From the NCBI RefSeq assembly GCF_030253515.1, contig NZ_CP124549.1, positions 791,930-823,929 of the forward strand: DNA of 32,000 bases, given 5' to 3'. The notes below the pieces were generated by a model. It was not told the DNA's origin. It searched no databases and saw nothing but the letters and a program-made list of their open reading frames with translations. Below, piece after piece: positions 17,036 through 25,002 of the stretch. Positions within the stretch are counted from its first letter, which is position 1; each line of letters opens with the position of its first letter. Both the position numbers and the translations under genes were made by a program. This DNA is from Candidatus Nanosynbacter lyticus (GTDB lineage: Bacteria; Patescibacteriota; Saccharimonadia; Saccharimonadales; Saccharimonadaceae).

Positions 17036-18392
17036 GTTTTCTCCGTTTTTTAACTATGTTACCAATATACAAGCCAACTACCATATAGACAAACAGAAGC
17101 AGCGGCATATAGAATACGATACCGTTAATGTGGGCGTGAGGCAAAGCATGTCCAGGCATAAGAATTAACCAACTCAGTGCCCCAGCTAATGAAATGTGTA
17201 ACGACCATAGGAATGAACGATAATACTTGAAGGACGGGTGTCGCCTCTTAAGATAGAATAACACTAAATACCCCACAAGTACCCAAACGAGTATCGACTG
17301 AACAATCTCACCAAACACCCCCTTGATCGATAGCGGCAAGCTTAATGCTGGCAATAGCACATAGTTACCTGCGTTTATTGCTAGATACTGATATGTTGAG
17401 CCTCTATCTTTCGCTAGCTCCTCCATGTTAATAAATCGATTGGCAAATTCATATGATTCAGGTAGAAGCGTCTTCAAGTTACCAACAGCATGTGTTCGCA
17501 TCTTTCTAATTCCCGAAAGCCCTCTCTCCGATGCCCGCTCATTAATCATCTTGAGAGCGGTGTCTGAGGAGTGATAGTAATCAGAGAGTGCCATAAAGTT
17601 GGTTGCGTACGCACCAACAAAGGCCACGACAACCACGACACATGTCATGACGGCGTACCTCCACAGGCTGATAACTTTTTGTTTATTATTGACGAATTCA
17701 AAGAATATGATTGGTACAAGTACAGATATAGCAATTGTTGATATATACTCATAGCCGCCCAAAAGTTTTAAGAATAGCAATATGGTTTCACCGAGGTAGA
17801 ATAGCCACATTTTCTTCGATGACTTACAGTATGAGTAACTCAGAAAGGCAAAGGCAAACGGAGCAAACATCAGCGGTTCTATCCAGTACATGTTTTGGGC
17901 GTAGCCGACAATCCACGGGCTAAATGCAACCAGTGTCGCGAATACTGCTGCGGCAACAAGGCCAAACAACTTCCTGACTCTAAGGGTTACAAGTGCCATA
18001 AGGGCCGCCATGGCTGCAGATAGAACTACATTAACCTTCTTAAAATATGACGGTAGTTTTGCATTGTCCTTTGGTGCTAGCGCGGTAATTATTCTCGCCT
18101 GTAGACCATATTGTGAAGCATAAGGTTTGAGCAGACTGGCGTCGCAATCTTCAGCCATCATGACTGAATTATAATCTTCATTTTTAGCAACGATTAGCGG
18201 CCCGCTATAACCAGATTTTTCCTTGCAACGAGCCGTCTTTTCTACTATAGCCGATGAGTCACGCTGAAAGCCATCAAACCATTCGCGCCACAAACCGACT
18301 CCAAAAACATTGCCAAAGAAAGATAAAAACAAAACCACCCAAACAACGCTAAAAAACAGTATGCTCTTTTTTCTCTCCATAATACTTACCAT
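17028..18392 (-). CDS. Polytopic membrane protein of unknown function (first gene of the minus-strand glycan operon)
   Basis: 454 aa. TM1, then a ~100-aa extracytoplasmic loop containing Cys residues, then ~10 TMs, then a basic tail (KKRRKRA). No recognisable catalytic motif. Confidence 0.5.
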   Translation of the reverse strand: MVSIMERKKSILFFSVVWVVLFLSFFGNVFGVGLWREWFDGFQRDSSAIVEKTARCKEKSGYSGPLIVAKNEDYNSVMMAEDCDASLLKPYASQYGLQARIITALAPKDNAKLPSYFKKVNVVLSAAMAALMALVTLRVRKLFGLVAAAVFATLVAFSPWIVGYAQNMYWIEPLMFAPFAFAFLSYSYCKSSKKMWLFYLGETILLFLKLLGGYEYISTIAISVLVPIIFFEFVNNKQKVISLWRYAVMTCVVVVVAFVGAYATNFMALSDYYHSSDTALKMINERASERGLSGIRKMRTHAVGNLKTLLPESYEFANRFINMEELAKDRGSTYQYLAINAGNYVLLPALSLPLSIKGVFGEIVQSILVWVLVGYLVLFYLKRRHPSFKYYRSFLWSLHISLAGALSWLILMPGHALPHAHINGIVFYMPLLLFVYMVVGLYIGNIVKKRRKRA

Positions 18393-18435
18393 ATAGTATC
18401 ATAATTTAACGATAGACTAAAGCAATCACCTAAAC

Positions 18436-18447
18436 TATAATAGCGTC
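18436..18447 (+). promoter_or_regulatory. -10 box TATAAT, 6 nt upstream of ATG 18448 (leaderless-type)
   Basis: aaacTATAAT-agcgtc-ATG. The box is at 18436-18441. Confidence 0.5.
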
Positions 18448-20586
18448 ATGAAACCACTTTTATCCATCATCGTCACCGCCCACCACGAAGGCCTCGTTGC
18501 CCACAAAACTATGCGCTCCATTGAGCGTGCTGTTAGTCTGCTTTGTGATAGCGATATTTCCTACGAAATAATTGTATCAATCGACCGCGGTGATGAAGAA
18601 ACTATTCGCTACTTCAGTAATTATACCGCCCTGCCGATCACTATACATCAATGGGATCATGGTGACCTCGCTCAGTCTCGCAATAGCGCAATCACCAGGG
18701 CACATGGTCGTTTTATCGCATTTATCGATGCCGACGATTTGATGAGTGCCAACTGGCTCCGTGACGGTGTACAGTTTTTAACGGCCCACTCCTATGGTAA
18801 ATATGTTGCTCATAGTGCATACACTGTTGAGTTTGAGGGGGCAAACGCCATCGTCGAAAAAGTTGGCTACACTAATAAAGACCGCGACACTCTATTGAGC
18901 GTACTCTCGGGACGATGGAACTCGGTCATTATTGCACCAAGTACTTTACTTCGCCAATTCCCATATACACCAAATAGCCCCGGATATGGCTACGAGGATT
19001 GGTTTATGAGCTGTCAGTTCATCCAGCATGGTGTGAAAAATGTCCTCATTCCGGAAACCGCTATCTTTGTTCGCCGTAAGGCCACTGGCTCGGAATGGGC
19101 ACGCCAAAAAACTAGCCGCTCAGTGCTCCACGCCCACCCATTATTCAGCCCATCACACTTTCGTACCATTAAACTTGACTCGGTCGCCACGCCCGCCTCG
19201 GAGCAGCGACGTCAAACGAAAAACACCATCAAAGAACTATTAATTCGTTCTCGCATTCCACTAGGATTGGTTAAGCGGCCGCTCGCAATCATCCGACGCG
19301 GACGCAATGTGCTCAAAAAAAAGAAATCGACACCGGCGACCGAGGTGCTGCCAGCGTGGCTTGATGCTGAATGGCGAGCCTTGCATCATATTGAAAAACT
19401 AATTTTTCCACCAGATCCATTGCCGACAGTATACCACACAATTACCGATGATCATTACCGAGTTGGCTTGGCGTACTGGCAAATATGTCGTGATTTACGA
19501 AACGACACCTATGATTATGTGCTGTTCGTACCGTGGCTCAAGCGTGGCGGGGCTGATCTATTTGCTCTTAACTACGCCAACACCGCTGCGTCACTCGGCA
19601 AGAAAGTTTTGGTTATTGCCACAAATGAAGTTGATGCTAATTACTCAGAGTGGCGACCACGACTTAACATCGACGTAGATTTCGTGCCGTTTGGGACAAT
19701 TACTCGATTTTTCCCAATGGAACAAAAATATAGGTTACTAGAGCAACTGATCGAAAATATCCACGTGCCGGTGCTCCATATCCTCAATTCAGAGCTAGCC
19801 TATGATTTTGTGCGAGATCACGCAGTGTATATCAAGGCCACCGGTAAAAAAGTTATTGCTACGTCCTATAGCCAAAGCACTGATGAAACTGGACGAGTGT
19901 TTGGGTTTTCACACAGTCATCTGCCGCAAATTTATCACCTGCTCACTGAGATAACCACTGATAATGAGGCTGTCAAGTCGATGTGGGTTAATGAATATGC
20001 TTATGACGCGGATGCAATTACCGTTCACCATCAACCACTTGATAGCAGCACGTACACACCGATAGCAAAGCTGGCTGGTCAAAGGCGTATTCTTTGGGCG
20101 TCCCGCCTATCACCAGAGAAATTACCTCAATTAGTCGCAGCCATTGCTGATTTGTTGCCAGGTGATGTCCATATTGATATGTACGGTGACGCATCGAGCG
20201 AGTTTCCCACCCATAAACTACCGTCACATCCACGGGTTCATTACCGCGGCGGCTTTAACGGTATACCGTCACTACCTGTTGATAACTATGACGTCTTTCT
20301 CTATACATCGCTCTTTGACGGCATGCCAAATACGCCAATCGAGATAGCCCTGTGCGGATTGCCGCTCGTGGCAGCGCGAGTTGGTGGAGTAGCGGACTTT
20401 GTTGGTACATATGGACAGATTGTTGATGATATCACCAATCCAAAAGCCTACGCTGAAGCGTTAACTGTTGTCCTGGACAATCCCAAGACAGCGTTTGCTA
20501 ACGCCCAATCTCTACGAAAGCAGGCGCTACGTGATTTTTCACAAAAAAGGTTTTTGACAGAAGTTAGGCGTATGCTTAAGCGATAA
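18448..20586 (+). CDS. Bifunctional glycosyltransferase: N-terminal GT2 domain, uncharacterised middle region, C-terminal GT4-like domain
   Basis: N-terminus: LSIIVTAHHEG...IIVSIDRGDEET...FIAFIDADD (GT2). C-terminus: RILWASRLSPEKLPQL...VFLYTSLFDGMPNTPIEIALCGLPLVAARVGGVADFV (GT-B Glycos_transf_1). Confidence 0.75.
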   Translation: MKPLLSIIVTAHHEGLVAHKTMRSIERAVSLLCDSDISYEIIVSIDRGDEETIRYFSNYTALPITIHQWDHGDLAQSRNSAITRAHGRFIAFIDADDLMSANWLRDGVQFLTAHSYGKYVAHSAYTVEFEGANAIVEKVGYTNKDRDTLLSVLSGRWNSVIIAPSTLLRQFPYTPNSPGYGYEDWFMSCQFIQHGVKNVLIPETAIFVRRKATGSEWARQKTSRSVLHAHPLFSPSHFRTIKLDSVATPASEQRRQTKNTIKELLIRSRIPLGLVKRPLAIIRRGRNVLKKKKSTPATEVLPAWLDAEWRALHHIEKLIFPPDPLPTVYHTITDDHYRVGLAYWQICRDLRNDTYDYVLFVPWLKRGGADLFALNYANTAASLGKKVLVIATNEVDANYSEWRPRLNIDVDFVPFGTITRFFPMEQKYRLLEQLIENIHVPVLHILNSELAYDFVRDHAVYIKATGKKVIATSYSQSTDETGRVFGFSHSHLPQIYHLLTEITTDNEAVKSMWVNEYAYDADAITVHHQPLDSSTYTPIAKLAGQRRILWASRLSPEKLPQLVAAIADLLPGDVHIDMYGDASSEFPTHKLPSHPRVHYRGGFNGIPSLPVDNYDVFLYTSLFDGMPNTPIEIALCGLPLVAARVGGVADFVGTYGQIVDDITNPKAYAEALTVVLDNPKTAFANAQSLRKQALRDFSQKRFLTEVRRMLKR

Positions 20587-20595
20587 TTGTCCGTC

Positions 20596-23259
20596 CTACT
20601 CGCGCACCCTCATCTCACCCTTCACCACCTCATTACCAGTCTCAAGCGGTGGAGCGGCATATTCGTGCCACGTACGGCCGTCAAAGGTGGAGAAGTAGGC
20701 GCGGTAGACACCAACTGGGAAGGGACGAGTGGTCTTGAATTCTTGTTCTTGACCAGGTTGAATGGTGGTTGGTTGGAGGCAGCCGAGATCATAGTTTGCT
20801 CCATGTTGGTTGCGCATAATGAGACAGGTGCGGTTAGTGGTGGTGATGGGTTGGCTGGCAAAGTTCTTGATCTTAAAGGCGGTAGTGACTGGCTCGCCAG
20901 CACGTGGGGTGGAGCTGGAGAAAGTGATGCCCTGGGTGAGAGTGGGGTTGGGGAGAATGGTGAATGATAAGCTAGTTACCTCCTTGCCAGTCAACCCCGG
21001 TAGCGCCACCCCTTCGTGCCAGCGACTACCATCGTATAGCGCAAAGAAGGCTCTATACGTGCCCGGTTTGTCAAAAGGACGACTTAGCAAAAACTGCACA
21101 CTACCATTTGGAGCAATTCCCTTTGTCGATTGACAGCCAAGGTCATGGTTCTCGCCACGTGGACCCCGAACAATGTAGCACAAGCGCTGATCAGTCTGTG
21201 ACACCGCCGAACTAAGATTACGCAGGGTGAACGAGCCGGTCAGCTTGTCACCAGCACGCGCTCGCGCTGGCGTTATCGATAATCCCTGTGACATAACGAC
21301 ATCTTGCAGCACCCTCATCTCACCCTTCACCACCTCATTACCAGTCTCAAGCGGTGGAGCGGCATATTCGTGCCACGTACGGCCGTCAAAGGTGGAGAAG
21401 TAGGCGCGGTAGACACCAACTGGGAAGGGACGAGTGGTCTTGAATTCTTGTTCTTGACCAGGTTGAATGGTGGTTGGTTGGAGGCAGCCGAGATCATAGT
21501 TTGCTCCATGTTGGTTGCGCATAATGAGACAGGTGCGGTTAGTGGTGGTGATGGGTTGGCTGGCAAAGTTCTTGATCTTAAAGGCGGTAGTGACTGGCTC
21601 GCCAGCACGTGGGGTGGAGCTGGAGAAAGTGATGCCCTGGGTGAGAGTGGGGTTGGGGAGAATGGTGAATTGCGCCCGGTTACCAGCACTAGCTGGTGTT
21701 GGCACTGGATACTGCGCCTCGGTCCAGGTTACCCCCTTGTCAAGAGTGCCACTAATTCGCACCTTGTATAGACCACTTTCTCGCGGAATAAACTCTTGGT
21801 CATAGGTATGAGTCGCACCCGGCGCAAGGTTATTAACCGTATCAAAACGAGCATCAGCATTTCGTCCGCTCGGACTGGTAATTGCCGCGCCAAAATAACC
21901 GAGGTCGATTGGCTTCGGACTATTGTTTCTAACCGTGAAGCGGATCCGTGTTGATTGCCCGACGTGGGTTCGTTGATTCTGAATAGTCACCGGAGAGGTG
22001 ACGGTCGGTGCTGTCTGCACGAACGCCGATACTTCACGACTATGGCCCGAGGCTGATTCTGGATAATTATTACTCCAGCCACTGCCGTCTCGGTAATTTG
22101 TGATCCAGAACTTATAATCCTCCTCTTTCGTCAACCTGGTTGTCGCTCGATAGGTGTACGTCTGCCACGGCTCAAGAACAACCCGCTGACTGCCAAAATC
22201 GTGGTTATTCCACTTACTGTCGCGGGCAGCTATCGCCATAGTGCCTAGATCGCGGCGCTGATTTGTGGCGTTACGGATAGTGAATGATGCCGTGATTGTC
22301 ATATCTGTAAATAGTTTTGATCCAGTGCCCTCCGTTCTCACCGACAGTGGTGATTCAATTCGTATAGAATTCAGCGGCGAACCAAACCATTCATTAAAGA
22401 AGCGCCAAAAATTACGATTGCCATACGCGCCGCAGTGAGCTGTCCCTGGATATGAATTGAGTGCACCTTGATTTGGTTGATATGGGGTGTAGTTATACAA
22501 ATTAGCTGTTGCTTGATTCTCGATATACACCCATGAGCCGCCGCAGGCTGCGTTTGTGTTATACTGGATATAGTTTGATCGGCCAGCCTTATAGCGATAC
22601 TCACCCGGCCGATTAGTATACAACCGGAATTGACGCGCTGCCATCCGCAATTGATTGTACATGCCAGCATACTCATTTGAACAATTCGCTGTATTACCTG
22701 GTCCGCTGTCCGGACAAGCAAAGCCCATGGCGTACTTATACTGACTCTTGAGTGGCCAGACATCAGTAAATAACGACCCCTGTTCTTTCTTTAGTGTCAC
22801 CAGCATTACTTGTGGATTAATGCCAAATTCTTTTGATACATTCCAAATAATATTGGCCACCGACAGGCCGCCAGCAAACCAGCCGCCTCCTTTCTCAAAC
22901 GAGGTCTCTTTCGTACTTGGATTTTCATGATAATCACGCAGGCAGGCATACGGTGGGCCGTGCCAACCGCGTTTAGCTGCATATTGCGCTCGCGTACCTC
23001 CGCCATACTCGGATGGCCCAGTTCCCCACGTATCGCAGGCTGGCGTATGACTGTTGATAAAGTTTTGGATGTCTTGAACACTTGAAAATGTATTGGTGTC
23101 ATAAAAAACATTGTCATCAATAATTCGTCCAGGACTCCATGGTGACAACGCTCCTGTTTTTGGCCAGAAGACAACCCCTAGACCAACAACACCAACGACG
23201 ATCAGTGTATACCCGACACGCTTTAGCCAAGATAACTTCACACGCTGCAACCGAATCAT
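20596..23259 (-). CDS. Secreted/anchored multidomain surface protein: signal-anchor, ~270-aa Cys-rich putative cell-wall-glycan-hydrolase-like domain, five ~115-aa beta-sandwich (Ig/CARDB-like) repeats
   Basis: The N-terminal TM is YTLIVVGVVGLGVVFW. The next domain contains GINPQVMLVTLKKEQGSLF...YGNRNFWRFFNEWFG. Repeated modules follow with the pattern FT(I/L)RN...DLG...PG...Y(R/K)...W. The last three each have a conserved Cys pair. Function is inferred, not recognised with certainty. Confidence 0.6.
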   Translation of the reverse strand: MIRLQRVKLSWLKRVGYTLIVVGVVGLGVVFWPKTGALSPWSPGRIIDDNVFYDTNTFSSVQDIQNFINSHTPACDTWGTGPSEYGGGTRAQYAAKRGWHGPPYACLRDYHENPSTKETSFEKGGGWFAGGLSVANIIWNVSKEFGINPQVMLVTLKKEQGSLFTDVWPLKSQYKYAMGFACPDSGPGNTANCSNEYAGMYNQLRMAARQFRLYTNRPGEYRYKAGRSNYIQYNTNAACGGSWVYIENQATANLYNYTPYQPNQGALNSYPGTAHCGAYGNRNFWRFFNEWFGSPLNSIRIESPLSVRTEGTGSKLFTDMTITASFTIRNATNQRRDLGTMAIAARDSKWNNHDFGSQRVVLEPWQTYTYRATTRLTKEEDYKFWITNYRDGSGWSNNYPESASGHSREVSAFVQTAPTVTSPVTIQNQRTHVGQSTRIRFTVRNNSPKPIDLGYFGAAITSPSGRNADARFDTVNNLAPGATHTYDQEFIPRESGLYKVRISGTLDKGVTWTEAQYPVPTPASAGNRAQFTILPNPTLTQGITFSSSTPRAGEPVTTAFKIKNFASQPITTTNRTCLIMRNQHGANYDLGCLQPTTIQPGQEQEFKTTRPFPVGVYRAYFSTFDGRTWHEYAAPPLETGNEVVKGEMRVLQDVVMSQGLSITPARARAGDKLTGSFTLRNLSSAVSQTDQRLCYIVRGPRGENHDLGCQSTKGIAPNGSVQFLLSRPFDKPGTYRAFFALYDGSRWHEGVALPGLTGKEVTSLSFTILPNPTLTQGITFSSSTPRAGEPVTTAFKIKNFASQPITTTNRTCLIMRNQHGANYDLGCLQPTTIQPGQEQEFKTTRPFPVGVYRAYFSTFDGRTWHEYAAPPLETGNEVVKGEMRVRE
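20604..20965. repeat. Copy 1 of a perfect 362-bp direct repeat (3'-terminal domain of the 887-aa gene)
   Basis: Base-for-base identical by eye to 21309-21670. Flanking bases differ on both sides (c20603 vs a21308; g20966 vs t21671). Confidence 0.9.
21309..21670. repeat. Copy 2 of the perfect 362-bp direct repeat (offset 705 bp = 235 codons, in frame)
   Basis: Identical to 20604-20965. It encodes the same ~120 aa (FTILPNPTLTQGITFSSSTPRAGEPVTTAFKIKNFASQPITTTNRTCLIMRNQHGANYDLGCLQ...KGEMRV). A strongly diverged homologous domain lies between the copies. Confidence 0.9.
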
Positions 23260-23849
23260 CGTAGCCCCTCCTTGCGGAACGACGGCCCATTTGTAGATTC
23301 TCCAATATATGCACTCGATGAGTAAGTGACTTTAATTGACATGTCAGTGCCCGATGGTAATTCTGACAGCGGAATCTCGGCCATCCGACAATTCGTTGAA
23401 CTTGGCCCAGCGGATGCGCCAGTTTGGCGCGAAACTTGACCATCAGACCAGTAGACCGTGAAGGTACAGCTGCCACCATTTTCGACAATAGCGTTAACGC
23501 CACCATCAATCTGTAGACGCTGTCCGTCGCCACTGAGGCCGTAGCCGCTCACAATCGGCGTTACTGCTCGTTTTGAACCGCGTTGCTCGCCAGGACCGGC
23601 TGGCTTATCGGAGCTTCGACCATCGCGCTCTTCTGGCTTCGTCTTACTGTCGTCAACTTTCTTATTGCCGTCTTTGTTGCTGTTATTTTCCTTTGCTCGG
23701 GACGAATTAGCATCATCCTTGGCCCGCTCTGTTTGTTGTGGCCGCGTTATCGCATAAACAACCGCCGCAATAGCAATCACGACAATCGCACTTACTAAAC
23801 TAATTATTACAATCTTGGTCCTCTTTGGCGATGTTTGTTTAACTCGCAT
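23256..23849 (-). CDS. Membrane-anchored small secreted protein (TM, K/D/E/N-rich disordered linker, ~100-aa beta-rich Cys-pair domain)
   Basis: 197 aa. The TM is IVIISLVSAIVVIAIAAVVYAI and the linker is ...KDDANSSRAKENNSNKDGNKKVDDSKTKPEERDG.... GGGGA SD is upstream. The stop overlaps the start of the 887-aa gene (ATGA), which suggests translational coupling. Confidence 0.6.
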   Translation of the reverse strand: MRVKQTSPKRTKIVIISLVSAIVVIAIAAVVYAITRPQQTERAKDDANSSRAKENNSNKDGNKKVDDSKTKPEERDGRSSDKPAGPGEQRGSKRAVTPIVSGYGLSGDGQRLQIDGGVNAIVENGGSCTFTVYWSDGQVSRQTGASAGPSSTNCRMAEIPLSELPSGTDMSIKVTYSSSAYIGESTNGPSFRKEGLR

Positions 23850-23930
23850 AGCGTTGTTTCCCCTGTTTTATCCTATCAGCTTAAGCATAACAGTTAATCG
23901 TTGGGTTTTCAATATTTTTGCCAATAAAGA

Positions 23931-23946
23931 TGCTATAATATCCCGT
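23931..23946 (+). promoter_or_regulatory. Extended -10 TGcTATAAT, 7 nt upstream of ATG 23947 (leaderless-type)
   Basis: gaTGCTATAAT-atcccgt-ATG. TATAAT is at 23934-23939. Confidence 0.5.
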
Positions 23947-24954
23947 ATGAATGCACAGAAATCCCAAGTTAAACCACCATTGGTGTCAATTATTACCGCC
24001 ACCTATAATGACGAAACATACATTGAGTCCTCAATTCGCTCCGTGCTGTCACAGGATTTTACTGATTTCGAATACCTTATTATTAATGATGGCTCAACCG
24101 ATAATACAAAAAAAATCGTTCAGCGCCTTCAAAAAGAAGATAGCCGCATTCGCCTCATTAATCAAAAAAATAGCGGCCTCGTGGCTTCACTCAACCGCGG
24201 CATTACCGAAGCGCATGGCACTTACATCGCTCGCATTGATGGCGACGATGAATGGTTGCCGCACAAGCTCAGGACTCAAGTCACTATGCTAGAGAAAAAC
24301 AAAAACCTAGTTCTGGTTGGCGGTGGCGCAGAGATCATGAATCAAGATAGCGTGCCGACTGGTTTTATTTTTAATGTTGCTCGCAATGAAGATATTAGAC
24401 TCGGTCTTTGCATTTTTAATCAATTCTGCCATTCATCGGTCATTTATCGCCGCCAGGCGGCACTTGACGCTGGTCTTTACCCTGACACCTGTCCAGCCGA
24501 GGATTATGACCTGTTTAGTAAATTTGCCGAACACGGTGAACTTGCCAACGTACCTTACCCCGTTTTTCGCTATCGCATCAGTGACGGCAGTATCTCGGCT
24601 AAACGCCGCGATGAGCAAAATCGTCTCGCTAAAAGGTTTTCGCTTCGCAACTGGGATATCGTTCAACCGACGGTCACTAGTCGTGCCGACATCAAACGTG
24701 CTTTCGCCTATTATCTCAAAAATCCAATTAACCATGATTTTGGAATTAGCCACAAGCACGCCTACACGTTTGTACTAATGCGCATTGGTTATCGTATGCT
24801 TCAAAAGGGACAGGTTGGTAAGGGGCTCCGTCAGCTTTGGAACGTGGCATCAACCGGGCGCACTGCCGCCAAGATCGTTGTTAAGTGGGGACTTGATACC
24901 ATTAAGATTAAACTACGACCATCACGCCAAAAAACAAAATCAGCTGCTCAATAG
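23947..24954 (+). CDS. Glycosyltransferase family 2
   Basis: PLVSIITATYNDETYIESSIRSVLSQDFTDFEYLIINDGSTDNT...YIARIDGDDEWLPHKL is a classic GT2 signature. ATG 23947 is chosen over the tracked 23815, which would overlap the divergent gene and add a non-homologous N-terminus. Confidence 0.85.
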   Translation: MNAQKSQVKPPLVSIITATYNDETYIESSIRSVLSQDFTDFEYLIINDGSTDNTKKIVQRLQKEDSRIRLINQKNSGLVASLNRGITEAHGTYIARIDGDDEWLPHKLRTQVTMLEKNKNLVLVGGGAEIMNQDSVPTGFIFNVARNEDIRLGLCIFNQFCHSSVIYRRQAALDAGLYPDTCPAEDYDLFSKFAEHGELANVPYPVFRYRISDGSISAKRRDEQNRLAKRFSLRNWDIVQPTVTSRADIKRAFAYYLKNPINHDFGISHKHAYTFVLMRIGYRMLQKGQVGKGLRQLWNVASTGRTAAKIVVKWGLDTIKIKLRPSRQKTKSAAQ

Positions 24955-25002
24955 CACAGTGATAACCGGTTTATCGTCAAACCATTAGCTGACTATCCTT
25001 TT

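Noticed and set aside
18393-18410. Leaderless-type signal for the minus-strand operon start at 18392.
   Set aside because: Only TATGAT at N5 is available for ATG 18392, or TATGGT at N7 for the internal ATG 18380. Both are ambiguous, so this start was not counted among the 14 clean cases.
20604-21670. Considered whether the 362-bp repeat pair is a diversity-generating retroelement template/variable repeat (one copy lies at the extreme 3' end of a surface-protein gene, as VRs do).
   Set aside because: The copies are identical, with no adenine-specific mismatches. Both lie in frame inside the same ORF. No reverse-transcriptase ORF or accessory gene is present anywhere in the window.
20587-21805. 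Plus-strand and alternative-frame ORFs over the repeat (126 aa, 155 aa, 107 aa, 96 aa, 93 aa, 120 aa) that look duplicated and therefore 'conserved'.
   Set aside because: They are shadows of the duplicated DNA inside the 887-aa minus-strand gene. They have no promoter or SD signals and their composition is low-complexity Gly/Trp/Leu-rich. Their duplication is explained entirely by the repeat.
24961-24975. Hairpin GATAA-ccggt-TTATC in the 48-bp gap between convergent genes (24954/25003), considered as a bidirectional terminator.
   Set aside because: The stem is only 5 bp and AT-rich, with no flanking T/A tracts. That is too weak to call.
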